Assembly: GCF_963921235.1 (NCBI RefSeq) | Contig: NC_086110.1 | Span: 13,578,001 to 13,642,000, forward strand | Source of the DNA: Mobula hypostoma | Lineage: Eukaryota | DNA: 64,000 bases | Direction: 5' to 3' | Shown here: positions 1 to 11,800 of the stretch, one piece after another | Position numbering within the stretch: the stretch's first letter is position 1 | Layout: each line of letters starts with the position of its first letter | Position numbers and translations under genes: made by a program | Notes under the pieces: model-generated | What the model was told of the DNA's origin: nothing | Database searches by the model: none | What the model saw: only the letters and a program-made list of their open reading frames with translations

Positions 1-260
1 TCTCATCCTCAGTAGGTTCACATTCCACGATCAACTCTGACGCCTGCTCATCAAATGTTCTCTTAGCTATATAATATTCACTATTTTTTCTTTGAATACC
101 TACCTTAGTCACACCCTTCTTTACATCAATTGTCAATTTTTTAGCAATATCCCGCAACTCATACGTTTTAGCTGACTTTCAAAGCACCAGATCTGGTGAT
201 TTCAGAAAGTCTCTACCTTCCATTTCTGCTGTCTTTCCACACAACCAAACCAAAAGTTTT
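1..260 (-). mobile_element. gag N-terminal fragment and leader of a second Gmr1-like LTR element copy (runs off the window)
   Basis: Aligns by eye to 4045-4290, the gag start of element A (e.g. cccgcaactcata, ctaccttagtcac). Confidence 0.8.
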
Positions 261-269
261 GTTATGTGG

Positions 270-3200
270 AGAAACTCCCCGCCAGTCAACCCCTTCTTAA
301 CTGTTGGAATACAAATTTGGGTCGAGCCGCCTGATCGATCCTCCAAAACCCACTTTCTCTGGGGGCACAACAATGCTCATTCAGTGTCCAGATCATGTGT
401 CTGAGGTCTGTATCATCTGACGTCCTATTTATCTCACCAGGCTGAGCGTCACCTGTCATTCAAAGAATCCCTCCTTCCTTTGTCTGTTAAGGAAATGCAC
501 AAGCAGGCGACAAGTCCTTGAAGAAATATCAACAACCTGCTGAAAATCATAACATCGAGTGTCCATTAAATAACACCGTCTTCGGTCACCATAGGAACTT
601 ACGAGCTGCTCAGTGCTGTCTCCAACTCCAAACTCAGTAAAAATCCCAAATTGCCTCCAATGCCTTAAAGTAACAGTCCAACCGTTAATCTTCGTCTCTC
701 TCTCCTTTCCAAACAAACCATCAATGATGAATGTCTCTCTCTCTCTCTGTCTCTCTTCAAACAGTTAATAGGGGTACTCCTGGATCCCCTCGCACTCCCC
801 TTCTTCAGGGAAAGAATTTGTCGAAGACGATTTTTTTTAAAAAAATGTTTATCACAGGGTTTTAAACAATACAGGGAAAAACATCATATGACAAAGCAAA
901 AATGGTTACAGTTTTCATCTTAACTTCAGGATAACTAATCAGCTATGATGTTTTTCAGTACCTTTTACATGTTTGATTTTTACGTCACCTTCCTGCAATA
1001 TCGGACTCTATTTTAAGAACCTTCTATTCTTATCCTTCATCTTAATTAGAAACATCAACGGATTATATCACATGTAAACCACAAGTGGTCTCTGAGCAAC
1101 AGAAAGGTTTTGAGGTCTCAGATCATAGTCCTCAAAATGTTGTAAAGCCAGAATAAGTGCTAGTAATTCCTTTTCAATAGTTGAATAACTTTTCTGGTGT
1201 ACATTAAAGTTCTTTGAGAAATAAGCTACTGGATGCTCAATGTCATCCATTCCTTTCTGTAACAGTACTGCCCCAGCAGCTTCGTCACTAACACCTGTTG
1301 TTATAGAAAATGGCTTTGAAAAATCAGGTGCTTTAAGCAGATGATAACACAGGATGGTTTCCTGACTCTTAAATGCCTCCTGGCAAAAGTGACTCAATTC
1401 AAATCTCTCACTCTTCCCTGGGAGCTTTGTTAGAGGGAGAGCGATGTCAGCAAAGTTCTTACATAACTTTTCATAATACCCAACCATTCCTAAACCCCTT
1501 CTTAAAGCAATCTTGACGGTTAGAACAGGATTTCAGAAGTAGCTTGAACCTTGGCCTTTACAGAAGTCAGTTGGCCTTGGCCCAACACATAATCCAGATA
1601 TGTAACTATGGCATGGCCAAACTCACTTTTAGCAAGGTTCACAGTAAGAGTGGCATTGGAAGGTCTGTCAAACCGTTTTTCCTCAGCTGCAATATGCTCT
1701 TCCCACGCATCATTCCAGACCACTAATTCATTGATATCAACCCCTGTGCTTTCTAACCCTCCAATCACAGAATTTATCATTCTCTGAAATGTTTCTAGAG
1801 CATTCTCCATCCCAAAGTGTAAAACATTGTATTCATACAGTCCAGACGGTGTCACAAATGCTGATATCTCTTTAACCCTCTCTGTTAAAGGAACACCCCG
1901 GTATCCTTTTAACAAGTCAATCTTAGTAAGATATTTAGCCTTCCCCACTCTATCAATGCAGTCATCCATTCTCTTTCTTTGTTCTTTCTTGTTTCTAATT
2001 CCTTGTTCAACCCTTTTAACTTTGTGAAGATGCCATTTCATAAGCTGGGCTAAATTCATAATGATGTCATGCACTGCACCTGTGCACCATTTCAAAACGC
2101 AAATTAGTCCTTTTACTTTTTTTTTCGGCTTTGGGTCCAACTGGTGGACCTTATCAGTAATAGTTTCCAAAACAATGGAATTCTGACATCTGGGTGAGTC
2201 TAGATTCAATGCGTAAACATGCATTTCCATTCCATTATCAGATTTCACCATTCCATTTTGCTCTACAACAATTCTCCCAGCAGCAATTCCAGTGAACAAG
2301 TGTCTTATTTTGAATCGACCATTTTCTAAACTTTCTTTGGCAAAGTCACAAAGCTTACTAAATCACTTCCGGAGTTCACTGAATAGGGTCAAAGGACCTT
2401 TTGGCCTGTAACTGAACACATGTTCCAACAAATTACCCTTCACTGCTTTCTAAATGGAATCTCCAACAATAAATAAAAGGAGGGGATCTCCCTCGTTCCC
2501 ATTTTCCTTATTTCTCACACAGTGATGTCCACCTAAAGACATCCTGTAAGCCATGTTTACAATTTCAGCCTTGTAACATTTCAAAACCACCACGTGACTT
2601 GCTGGCACAGTGGCTGGTCTCCACTTCCTCATCAACATCCCATCTTTAAAGTAATATCCTATTGACTCTCTCTGAACCTCCTCTGCTCTGAGAGCTATCT
2701 CTCTTAAAGCCGGCATTCCACAATCTTGCTTCTGCTCCTCGATACATTCCTTTCTCAACAAAGACAAGCCTTTCTTATACACCTTACCCATTTCAATTGT
2801 ACTACCCTCTAAGTCCTGCTGAAATCTGGAAGGTAGAAAAGTCTGTGACACATCATTATAATTTAAACCTCCGGTTTTCCTATCAAAAGTCTCAGTAGCA
2901 ACTTTGCATATTAGCTGAATAGCTGAAACGCTCTTATCTTGCAGAGCTGTAAACATGCCTCCATTGTTTACTAAACTCAGTACCAGCATCAGGATGATCA
3001 GAATCATGTATACATTATGAAGGAGACCAAATAAACCACCCATCTGATTACGACCTATACTTCGACTTGTATCCACGGCAACTTCCACTCCAAAACCAGA
3101 ACAATTCTTCTTTTCCTCGTCCAAAACATCACCCTGAATAACAGGATGACCTTGCAGGTGCTTAGATGTCCAAACAAAATCCAACAGAGCGGCACATCCG

Positions 3201-5159
3201 CTCTCAGCAGGCCTTTGCCCTGCAAGCAGGGTCAAAGGCCGCGCAACCAATCCACCTTTTTCCAGCACTGTATCCAAGAGTCCAGGAACAGCACTTTTCC
3301 CATTACTTCCAGCAACATTGACCTCAGCAGCTTTTAAAACACGGTCTAGTACAAATGACTGAGAATCCTCACATTCCACTGATATCACTGTTAACGCCTT
3401 ACTTACTGAACCAAGTCCGTCTGACACAAAAGATCTGCATTCCCTTTCCGCCAAGTCAGACACCTCAGACCTCAACTGAGCCTCAACATAAGGTTCAGAA
3501 TCCTGTGATATCACAGGTACTTCAACAACCTGGACACATTCAATCGGAATAACTGCCTCTTCTGGGGTGTCATCACTTGTCCCAGTTTCAGATTGAAAGT
3601 CATCTCGAACCTCCCAGCTGTTCTCTGGACAACTCCTTTCTGGAGTAAACTCAACCTCATCGGTTAAAACTTCTTTGTCTGTTTTCTTAACAAGCCCCTT
3701 CAGGGTAGGGGCATCCTCTGCCACTGGTCATGCCCTTACCTCATCAAGAACACAACTTTTAAATTCATCACACAAAACTAGCCCTTCCGAGCTGTAAAAA
3801 TCATCAGGGTCCGACACTGAACCTCTTTGCTGCAACCTCTCCCTTTTAAACTGCCTCTGCCGTTCTATCACGTGATCTTCACGTTGCCATTTCTCCCTCT
3901 CGAGCTGTCTCTGTCTTTCTGCCTTTTCTCTCGGTCTTGCTGCTTCTTCTCTCCGTTTCTCAGCCTCTCTGGCCTCTCTCTCGAGCTGTTTTAATTTCCA
4001 TTCAAGCTCCCTGTTTAATGTTTCCAGCAGAAGCTGAAGCTCATCCTCAGGTGGTTCAGCTTCCACGAACAACTCTAACGCCTCCTCATCAAATGTTCCC
4101 TTATCTATATAATATTCAATTATCTTTCTTTGAATATCTACCTTAGTCACGCCCTTCTTTACCTCAATTCTCAATTCTTTAGCAATGTCCCGCAACTCAT
4201 ACTTTTTAGTTAACTTCAAAGTCACCATGTCTGCTGGTTTCTAAAAGTCTATAACGTCCATTTCTGCTGTTTTTCCACACAACCAAATCAAAAGGGATTT
4301 TCCCCAATCAATTCAAACCAGCCTCCCGACCAATTTGTGCATATCGTGGACGCAGGCCCCAATCATGCCACGTACCCCGTGACGGGAAAAAAGAACCTGC
4401 AGAAATAGAAAACACTTTGGAATTTCGTATTGCTATAAACTAATTAATATTTATTAGTAACTACGCAATACAGTAATATCAATGTAAATAAATCACACAG
4501 GTTAGCAATGGTTATATATAAAAGTAGGTGTGGAATATATATGTATGAAAAACAAGCTTTTTTGATGACTTTAACCAGGGGGACCGGTTTTCCTGTGGTG
4601 GAGCTATCACCTCGGCAAAGGGTGGACACATAGACAACTCCCCACCAGTCAACCGCTTCTTCACCGTTGGAATAGCAATTTGGATCGATCGGCCTGATCG
4701 ATCCTCCAAAACGCACATTCTCTGCGGGCACAACAATGTTCATTCAGTGTCCATATCATATGTCTGAGGTCTGTATCATCTGACGTCCTATTTATCTCAC
4801 AGGGCTGAGCATCACCTCTCATTCAAAGAGTCCCTCCTTCTTTTGTCTGTTAAGGAAATGCACAAGCAGGCAACAAGTCCTTGAAGAAATATCAACAACC
4901 TGCTGGAAATCATAACATCGAGTGCCTATTAAATAACATCGCCTTCGGTCACCATAGCAACTTACGAACTTACGAGCTGCTCGGTGCTGTCTCCAACTCC
5001 AAACTCAGTAAAAATCCAAAGTTACTTCCAATGCCTTAAAGTGACAGTCCAACCGTTAATCTTCCTCTCTCTCTCTCCTTTCCAAACAAACCATCAATGA
5101 TGTGTCTCTCTCTGTCTCTCTTCAAACAGTTAATATGGGCACTCTTGGATCCCCTCACA
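270..5159 (-). mobile_element. Gmr1-type Ty3/gypsy LTR retrotransposon A, internally deleted and decayed
   Basis: 5' LTR 4366-5159 with TG..CA ends, followed by a degenerate tRNA-Pro-like PBS (TGATTGGGGCCTGCGTCC). gag 3728-4228; integrase N-terminus in 2450-3724 (GYYFKDGMLMRKWRP..SLGGH); RT 1520-2299 (KIDLLKGY, FQRMINSV); RNase H 1068-1487 (KAPDFSKPF, HPVAYFSK). PPT GAAGAAGGGGAG abuts a partial 3' LTR at about 270-794. Confidence 0.9.
4366..5159 (-). repeat. 5' LTR of element A
   Basis: Reads TGTGAGG...CGTGGCA on the minus strand; part 4645-5159 is repeated at about 283-794. Confidence 0.85.
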
Positions 5160-5315
5160 CAATGAATATCAATCAATATTTATAACCTGTTCACTTAATG
5201 ATGATTGGAAATCTTATTTAGATAAATGGGGAACAATGGCCATACCATTTGTGACTCGTGTAAAATTGATCCATATGCTACAAAAGAGTAACTGTCTTTC
5301 AGCTGTGTACATCTT

Positions 5316-5873
5316 GTTCGTCCATCATTGACGTCGATGAGGACCTCGACTCCATTATGATGGTGTCGAGACTAGCGCGTGATTTGGATTTAAGTGAGGG
5401 AGAGTTGAGCAGCGTCAGCCTCACTTTCTCTTCCCAATTCCCATCTGGATCCAGTGGAAAGAGAGAATCTAGACGGCTGGAGATGGGACTAGGCTCAGTG
5501 GATGACCAGGACGTCTTCTGTGTCTTGTCCTGCTCTACACGTTCCACGACGCTTGCAGAGACCGCCTTCTTGACCGTTGGACCTTCCATTGGTCTCGTCC
5601 GCTCAATCCGCCGGAGTCTGTCTTCACATGCTGGGATAGACAACTCCCTATCTCACCGAGGGTTTGAGACCCGTCGGCTATCCTCACCTGGTTTAGCCGG
5701 CTTGTCGAAGCCGTTGCCCGGGGTGTGGCCACTGTCGCATCCAAACAGCTACGGGGAGCCACAGGTGAGAGCTGAGTGCCAGGTGGGGACCAAAGGTGGA
5801 CTAACCGCCCTGAAAAGGACGCGACATGTTCCCCCACAAGAGGTGCTACCCCTCCCTGACACCCCATACGCCT
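5316..5873 (-). mobile_element. Short non-autonomous retroelement (RTE-like 5' end suspected) with 12-bp TSD
   Basis: Flanking direct repeats tgtgtacatctt (5304-5315) and tgtgtccatctt (5874-5885), 11/12 identical; GC-rich body in AT-rich flanks; HDV-like ribozyme at its 5' end. Confidence 0.7.
5683..5865 (-). ncRNA. HDV-like self-cleaving ribozyme (predicted nested double pseudoknot)
   Basis: P1 GGGGUGU (5865-5859)/ACACCCC (5726-5720); P2 CUCACCUG (5769-5762)/CAGGUGAG (5690-5683); P3 GGC/GCC; L3 starts UCCCCGU; GGGCAA follows P1'; P4 CGGC-UUCGACAA-GCCG; J4/2 GCUAA with the catalytic-C equivalent at 5696. Confidence 0.8.
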
Positions 5874-6084
5874 TGTGTCCATCTTATCCCTGGATTCAAT
5901 GCATGGAAGCCAGCAACCGTCTAAATTGTAGCTGTCTAATGGTACTGCTGATTAGTTATCAACATGATAAGCACAAAGATTTAGAGATTTCAGTGGAAGT
6001 AATTTCCTCATATCATTTTCTGCATGTTTTGGCCATTAATATGACGCTATTAAGCAGAAATGCTTGCAGATCTATGTAAAACTA

Positions 6085-6570
6085 GACCACCTGTATTTAC
6101 GTGTGAACCTATTTCTCACTGGGACCAGATGCGATATACCCCGGACTACTGTGGACGTAAGGAAGTAGATCGTTGAGCCTCTGGTGATGATCTTTGTATC
6201 ATCAGTAGTGCATGAGAAGTCCTGGAAGACTGGAAGGTTGCAAATGTTGTTCCCTTGTTGAAGAAAGGGAGTAGCAATAACCCAGGAAATTATAGACAAG
6301 TGACTCTAAGTTCAGTAGCGGGCAAATTGTTGGAGAAAATTCTGAAAGGAAGGATTTATGAGAATTTAGAGGGACATAATCTGATTAACGATAGCCAGTA
6401 TGGCTTTTTCAAGTAAGGTTGTGCCTTACGAGCCTATTGAATCCTATGAGGATGTAACAAAACACATTGACAAAGTACAGCAATGGATGTAGTGTATACT
6501 GATTTCAGTAAGTTATTTGACAAGGTTCCCCATGTGAATCTCATTCAGCAAGTATTCCTACAGGCTGGGA
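6085..6570 (+). mobile_element. CR1 LINE RT fragment, degenerate
   Basis: Remnant RT N-terminal motifs (ANVVPLLKKGSSNNPGNYR; atttgacaaggttcccc, i.e. FDKVP). Confidence 0.8.
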
Positions 6571-6619
6571 ACTCAGGAAGATTTTGAACGGATTTCGCGC
6601 GTGTTAGAATTACCAGTGC

Positions 6620-8030
6620 CCCATTATAATCTTATTACAATTACAGCACGGAAACAGGCCATCTCGGCCCTTCTAGTCCGTGCCGACTCTTACTCTCACC
6701 TAGTCCCATCGAACTGCACTCAGCCCATAACCCTCTATTCCTTTCCAGTCCATATACCCATTCAATTTTACTTTAAATGACAACATCGAACCTGCCCGAA
6801 CCACTTCTGCTGGAAGTTCGTTTCAAACAGCTACCACTCTCTGAGTAAGGAAGTTCCTCCTCATGTTACCCCTAAATTTTTCCCCTTTAACTCTCAACTC
6901 ATGTCCTCTTGTTTGAATCTCCCCCACTCTCGATGGAAAAAGCCTATCCACGTCAACTCTATCTATCCCCCTCATAATTTTAAATTCCTCTATCAAGTGC
7001 CCTCTCAACAATCTACGCTCCAAAGAATAAAGACCAAACTTGTTCAACCTTTCTCTGTAACTTAGGAGATGAAACCCAGTTAACATTCTAGTAAATCTTT
7101 TCTGTTCTCTCTCAATTTTGTTGACATTTTTCTTATAATTCGTTGACCAGATCTGTACACAATACTCCAAATTTGGCCTTACCAATCCCTTGTACAATTG
7201 GAAAATTACATCCCAACTCCTCTACTCAATGCTCTGATTTATAAAGGCCAGCATACCAAAAGCTTTCTTCACCACCCTATCCACATGAGATTCCACCTTC
7301 AGGCAACTATGCACCAGTATTCCTAGTTCCCTCTGTTCTACTCCATTCTTCAATGCCCTACCATTTACCATGTATGTCCTATTTCGATTAGTCCTACCAA
7401 AACGTAGCACCTCACATTTATCAACATTAAAAGCCATCTGCTATCCTTCAGCCCACTCTTCTAACTGGCCTAAATCTCTCTACAAGCTTTGAAAACCCAC
7501 TTCATTGTACACAACTGCTCCTGTCTTAATATCACTGCATACTTACTAATCCAATTTACTACGCCACCATCCGGATCATTAATATATATGGCAAACAACA
7601 TTCGACCCAGTACAGATAGCTGAGGCACACCACTGGTCACTGGCCTCCAATCTGACAAACAGTTATCCACCACTACTCTCTGGCATCTCCCATTCAGCCA
7701 CTGTTGAATCCATTTTACTACTTCAATATTAATACCTAACGATTGAACCTTCCTAACTAACCGTACGTGTGGAACCTTGTTAAAGGCCTTACTGAAGTCT
7801 ACATAGACAGCATCCATCGCTTTACCCTTGTCAACTTTCCTTGCAACCTCTTCAAAAAATTAAATAAGATTTGTCAGACATGACTTTCCACGCACAAATC
7901 CATGTTGACTGTTCCTAATCAGACCCTGTCTATCTAGATAATTATATATATCATCTCTAGAAATACTTTCCATCAATTTAACCACCACTGACGTCAAACT
8001 CACAGGCCGATAATTGCTAGGTTTACTCTC
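6620..8030 (-). mobile_element. CR1 LINE 3' portion (RT and 3' UTR), decayed
   Basis: ORFs 7860-8057, 7470-7817, 7222-7437 and 6823-7197 carry NYRPVSLTSV, QHGF, DFSKAFNKVPH, GVPQ, LVRPNLEYC, LERRLLRG. Confidence 0.92.
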
Positions 8031-8470
8031 AGAGACTGTCCATTTTTTCAACACCATCTCCCTTTCAGAGGTTCATCTTGTATAGACGCAAAATTCATGG
8101 CATTGAATCCGTCCAACTATGCTGGCTTCATTGCTATCCATACTGTGGAGCAGCACACGGAGCATGCCGTGTTTCTCATTTGTATAGATTTTACTCGTAA
8201 GCCGCATAATTGACATCACTGAATTAGCTTTGTTTGTTTTTGGACCACAAATGGTTTTAGATCGAAGGATAACATATTCTGTGAATTTACTGAAGTGTTG
8301 CGTATGCTTTTTCCCATTCCCCAAAAGTTCTTTGAGAGCTGGTCAATGCAAACGATATTCATTAGTTATAAATATTGGTAGCTCTGTATTTGAACAACTG
8401 CTAGATAACCGATATCGGTGAAATATGGACAGGTATGCTTGTCTAAAAGAAGGCCGAAGAATAGGAGGAT

Positions 8471-8892
8471 TGTCGGGTTTTGTCGGGTTTCGGTGGGACT
8501 CTGGTGAATACTTGTTCACCGTTATTTATTAGGGAGCATAAAGGCAACAGTCTTTCAAAAACAGAAGGCAGGCACGAATCTGAAATGGCAGGCAGAGATC
8601 TTACCAGGAAAGGGCAGACAATCCAGACCGCACTAGCAAAAATCAGGTCCAGGAACAGGCAAAATCCAAAACACAGAATCAGGCAAAATCGGTTGGCAGA
8701 AGTCGCAATGACAGGCTATAACGACACAGGTCAGAATTGGGACGAACTGACAGAGAATGCTTGCCAAGGTAGGGTTTAAGTGGACAGGGTAATAAGTGAA
8801 AATTAGAAACAGGTGGGTGCAGATGAGGAGACAAGCGGGTAATTGGAGGAAGTCCAAAAAGGAAAGGGGCTGGGCCAGAACCCGCATGACCA
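8471..8892 (-). mobile_element. Probable solo LTR (Gypsy-type)
   Basis: TGT... start and ...CATGACCA end; CACCTG box and TTAAA on the minus strand; no TSD found. Confidence 0.45.
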
Positions 8893-8899
8893 GGTGAAA

Positions 8900-11800
8900 G
8901 AAAGCAGAAATTAAAGACTGCCGTGATCCAGAACGGAGAGGAGATACTGTGAGCCTGCTAGAGATACCCGCATGGTGTGCTGCCTCCCAGGTGCCAGGGT
9001 ACGAGATGTCTCGGATCGAGTCCTGAATATTCTCAGGGGGGAGGGTGAGCAGCCAATTGTCTTGGTACATGTTGGTACCAATTACATAGATAGGACAAAC
9101 GAGGAGGTCCTGAAGAGAGATTTCTGGGAGTTAGGAAGAAGCTGAGAAGCAGCACCTCCAGGGTAGTAATCTCGGGATTGCTACCTGTGCCACGTGCTAG
9201 CGAGGGCAAGAATAGTAGCATGAGGCAGATGAATGGGTGGCTGAGAGACTGGTACAAGGGGCAGGGCGTCAGATTCTTGGATAATTAGGATCTTTTCTGG
9301 GGGAAGTATGACCTGTTCAAAAAGAACGGGTTACACCTGAACCCGAAGGGGGCCAATATCCTGGCGGGAAAGTTTAATAGAGCTGTTAGGGAGGTTTTAA
9401 ACTAATTTGGCATGGGGGATGGGAACCGGAATGACAGTGCGGAGGAAGGGGAAAACAGAAATAAATCTAAGATTGTGAGCAGTAAAGATGTCGGGAAAGT
9501 CAGGCAGGTGATGGGGCAATGGGATGTTACTTAGGAAAATTCAGTCGCCCGGTATACATGGAGAGGTGGTAAATTGGATTAGACATTGGCTCAATGGAAG
9601 AAGCCAAAGAGTGGTAGTAGAGAATTGCTTCTCCGAGTGGAGGCCTGTGACTAGTGGTGTGCCACAAGGATCAGTGCTGGGTCCGTTATTTGTTATCTAT
9701 ATCAATGATCTGGATGATAATGTGGTAAATTGGATCGGCAAATTTGCTGATGATACAAAGATTGAGGGTGTAGTAGACAGTCAGGAAGGTTTTCAGAGCC
9801 TGCAGAGGGACTTGGACCAGCTGGAAAAATGGGCTGAGAAATGGCAGATGGAGTTTAATACAGACAGGTGTGAGGTATTGCACGTTGGAAGGACAAACCA
9901 AGGTAGAACATACAGGGTTAATGGTAAGGCACTGAGGAGTGCAGTAGAACAGAGGGATCTGGGAATACAGATACAAAATTCCATAAAAGTGGCGTCACAG
10001 GTAGATATGGTCGTAAAGAGAGCTTTTGGTGCATTGGACATTATTAATCAAAGTATTGTGTATAAGAGCTGGATTGTTATGATGAGGTTGTATAAGGCAT
10101 TGATGAGGCCGAATCTGGAGTATTGTGTTCAGTTTTGGTCGCCAAATTACAGGAAGGATATAAATAAGGTTGAAACAATGCAGAGAAGGTTTACAAGGAT
10201 GTTGCAGGGACTTGAGAAACTCAGTTACAGAGAAATGTTGAATAGGTTAGGACTTTATTCCCTGGAGCGTAGAAGAATGAGGGGAGATTTGATTGAGGTA
10301 TATAATATTATGATGGGTGTAGATAGAGTGAATGCAAGTAGGCTTTTTCCACTGAGGCAAGGGGAGAAAAAAACCAGAGGACATGGGTTAAGGGTGAGGG
10401 GCGAAAAGTGTAAAGGGAATATTAGGGGGGGTGGGCTTCTTCACACAGAGAGTGGTGGGAGTATGGAATGAGCTGCCAGGCGAGGTGGTAAATGCGGGTT
10501 CTTTTTTAACATTTAAGAATAAATTGGACAGATACATGGATGGGAGGTGTATGAATGGATATGGTCCGTGTGCAGGTCAGTGGGACTAGGCAGAAAATGG
10601 TTCGGCACAGCCAAGAAGAGCCAAAAGGCCTGTTTCTGTGCTATAGTTTTTCTATGGTTTCAATGGTTTCTGAATGTTTAGCCACTGGGATGCGTTGCTG
10701 TGCAATAAATTTGCAGTGAAATCAAAGCGAAAAGTAGCAAATACTGGTCTGAAGGTGTTATACTGAAATGCATGCAGCATAAGGAATAAGGTGGATGATC
10801 TTGTCGTACAGCTACAGATTGGCAGGTATGATATTGTGGCCATCACTGAGACGTGGCTAAAGGATGCATGTGCCTGGGAGAGGGGGAGGCGTAGCTTTAT
10901 TGGTAGGAAATGATATTAAATCATTAGAAAGAGGTGATATAGGATCAGAAGGTGCAGAATCTTTATGGGTTGAGCTAAGAAATTGCAAGGGCAAAAGGAC
11001 CCTGATGGAAGTTATTTAGAGGCCTCCAAACAGGTGCAGGGATGTGGACTACAAATTACAACAGGAAATAGAAAAGGCTTGTCAGAAGCGCAGTGTTATG
11101 ATAATTGTGGGGGATTTTAACATGCGAGTGGATTGGAAAAATCAGGTCGGCACTGGATCTCGAGAGAGACTTTGTAGAATGTCTGCGAGATGGCTTTTTA
11201 GACCAGCTTGTTGTTGAGCCCACCAGGCTGTACTGGATTGGGCATTGTGTAATGAACCGGAGGTGATTAGGGTGGTTGAGGTGAAAGAACCCTTAGGAGG
11301 TAGTGATTGAGTTCACTGTGACATTTGAAAAAGAGAAGCCGAAATATGATGTGTCGGTATTTCAGTGGAGTAAAGGAAATTACATGAGACAGGAACTGGA
11401 CAAAGTTGACTGGAAAGGGATACTGGCGGGAAAGACGGCAGAGCAGCAGTGGCTGGAGTTAATGCGAGAAGTGAGGCAGGTGAAGGCAGGTATATGGCAG
11501 AAAAGAAGAATTTTTCGAATGGAAAAAGGGTGCAACCGTCGTTGACAAGAGAAGTCAAAGCCAAAGTTAAAGCAAAGGAGCGAGCATACAAGGAAGCAAA
11601 AATTAGTGGAAAGACAGAGGATTGGGAAGTTTTTAAAACCTTACAAAAGGAAACTAAGAAGGTCATTAAGAGAGAAAAGATTACTATGAAAGGAAGCTAG
11701 AATATAATATCAAAGAGGATACTAAAAGCGTTTTCAAATATATAAAGAGTAAAAGACAGGTGAGAGTAGATATAGGACCGATAGAAAATGATGCTGGAGA

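Noticed and set aside
5357-6079. 240-aa plus-strand ORF and overlapping minus-strand ORFs as a host gene
   Set aside because: They mostly overlap the GC-rich TSD-flanked element and show no recognisable domain or splice structure
8073-8324. Unique minus-strand stretch with SDVNYAAY, resembling an ITIM tail of paralogue 3
   Set aside because: Does not match the ITIM consensus without a frameshift, is bounded by stops and has no convincing splice sites
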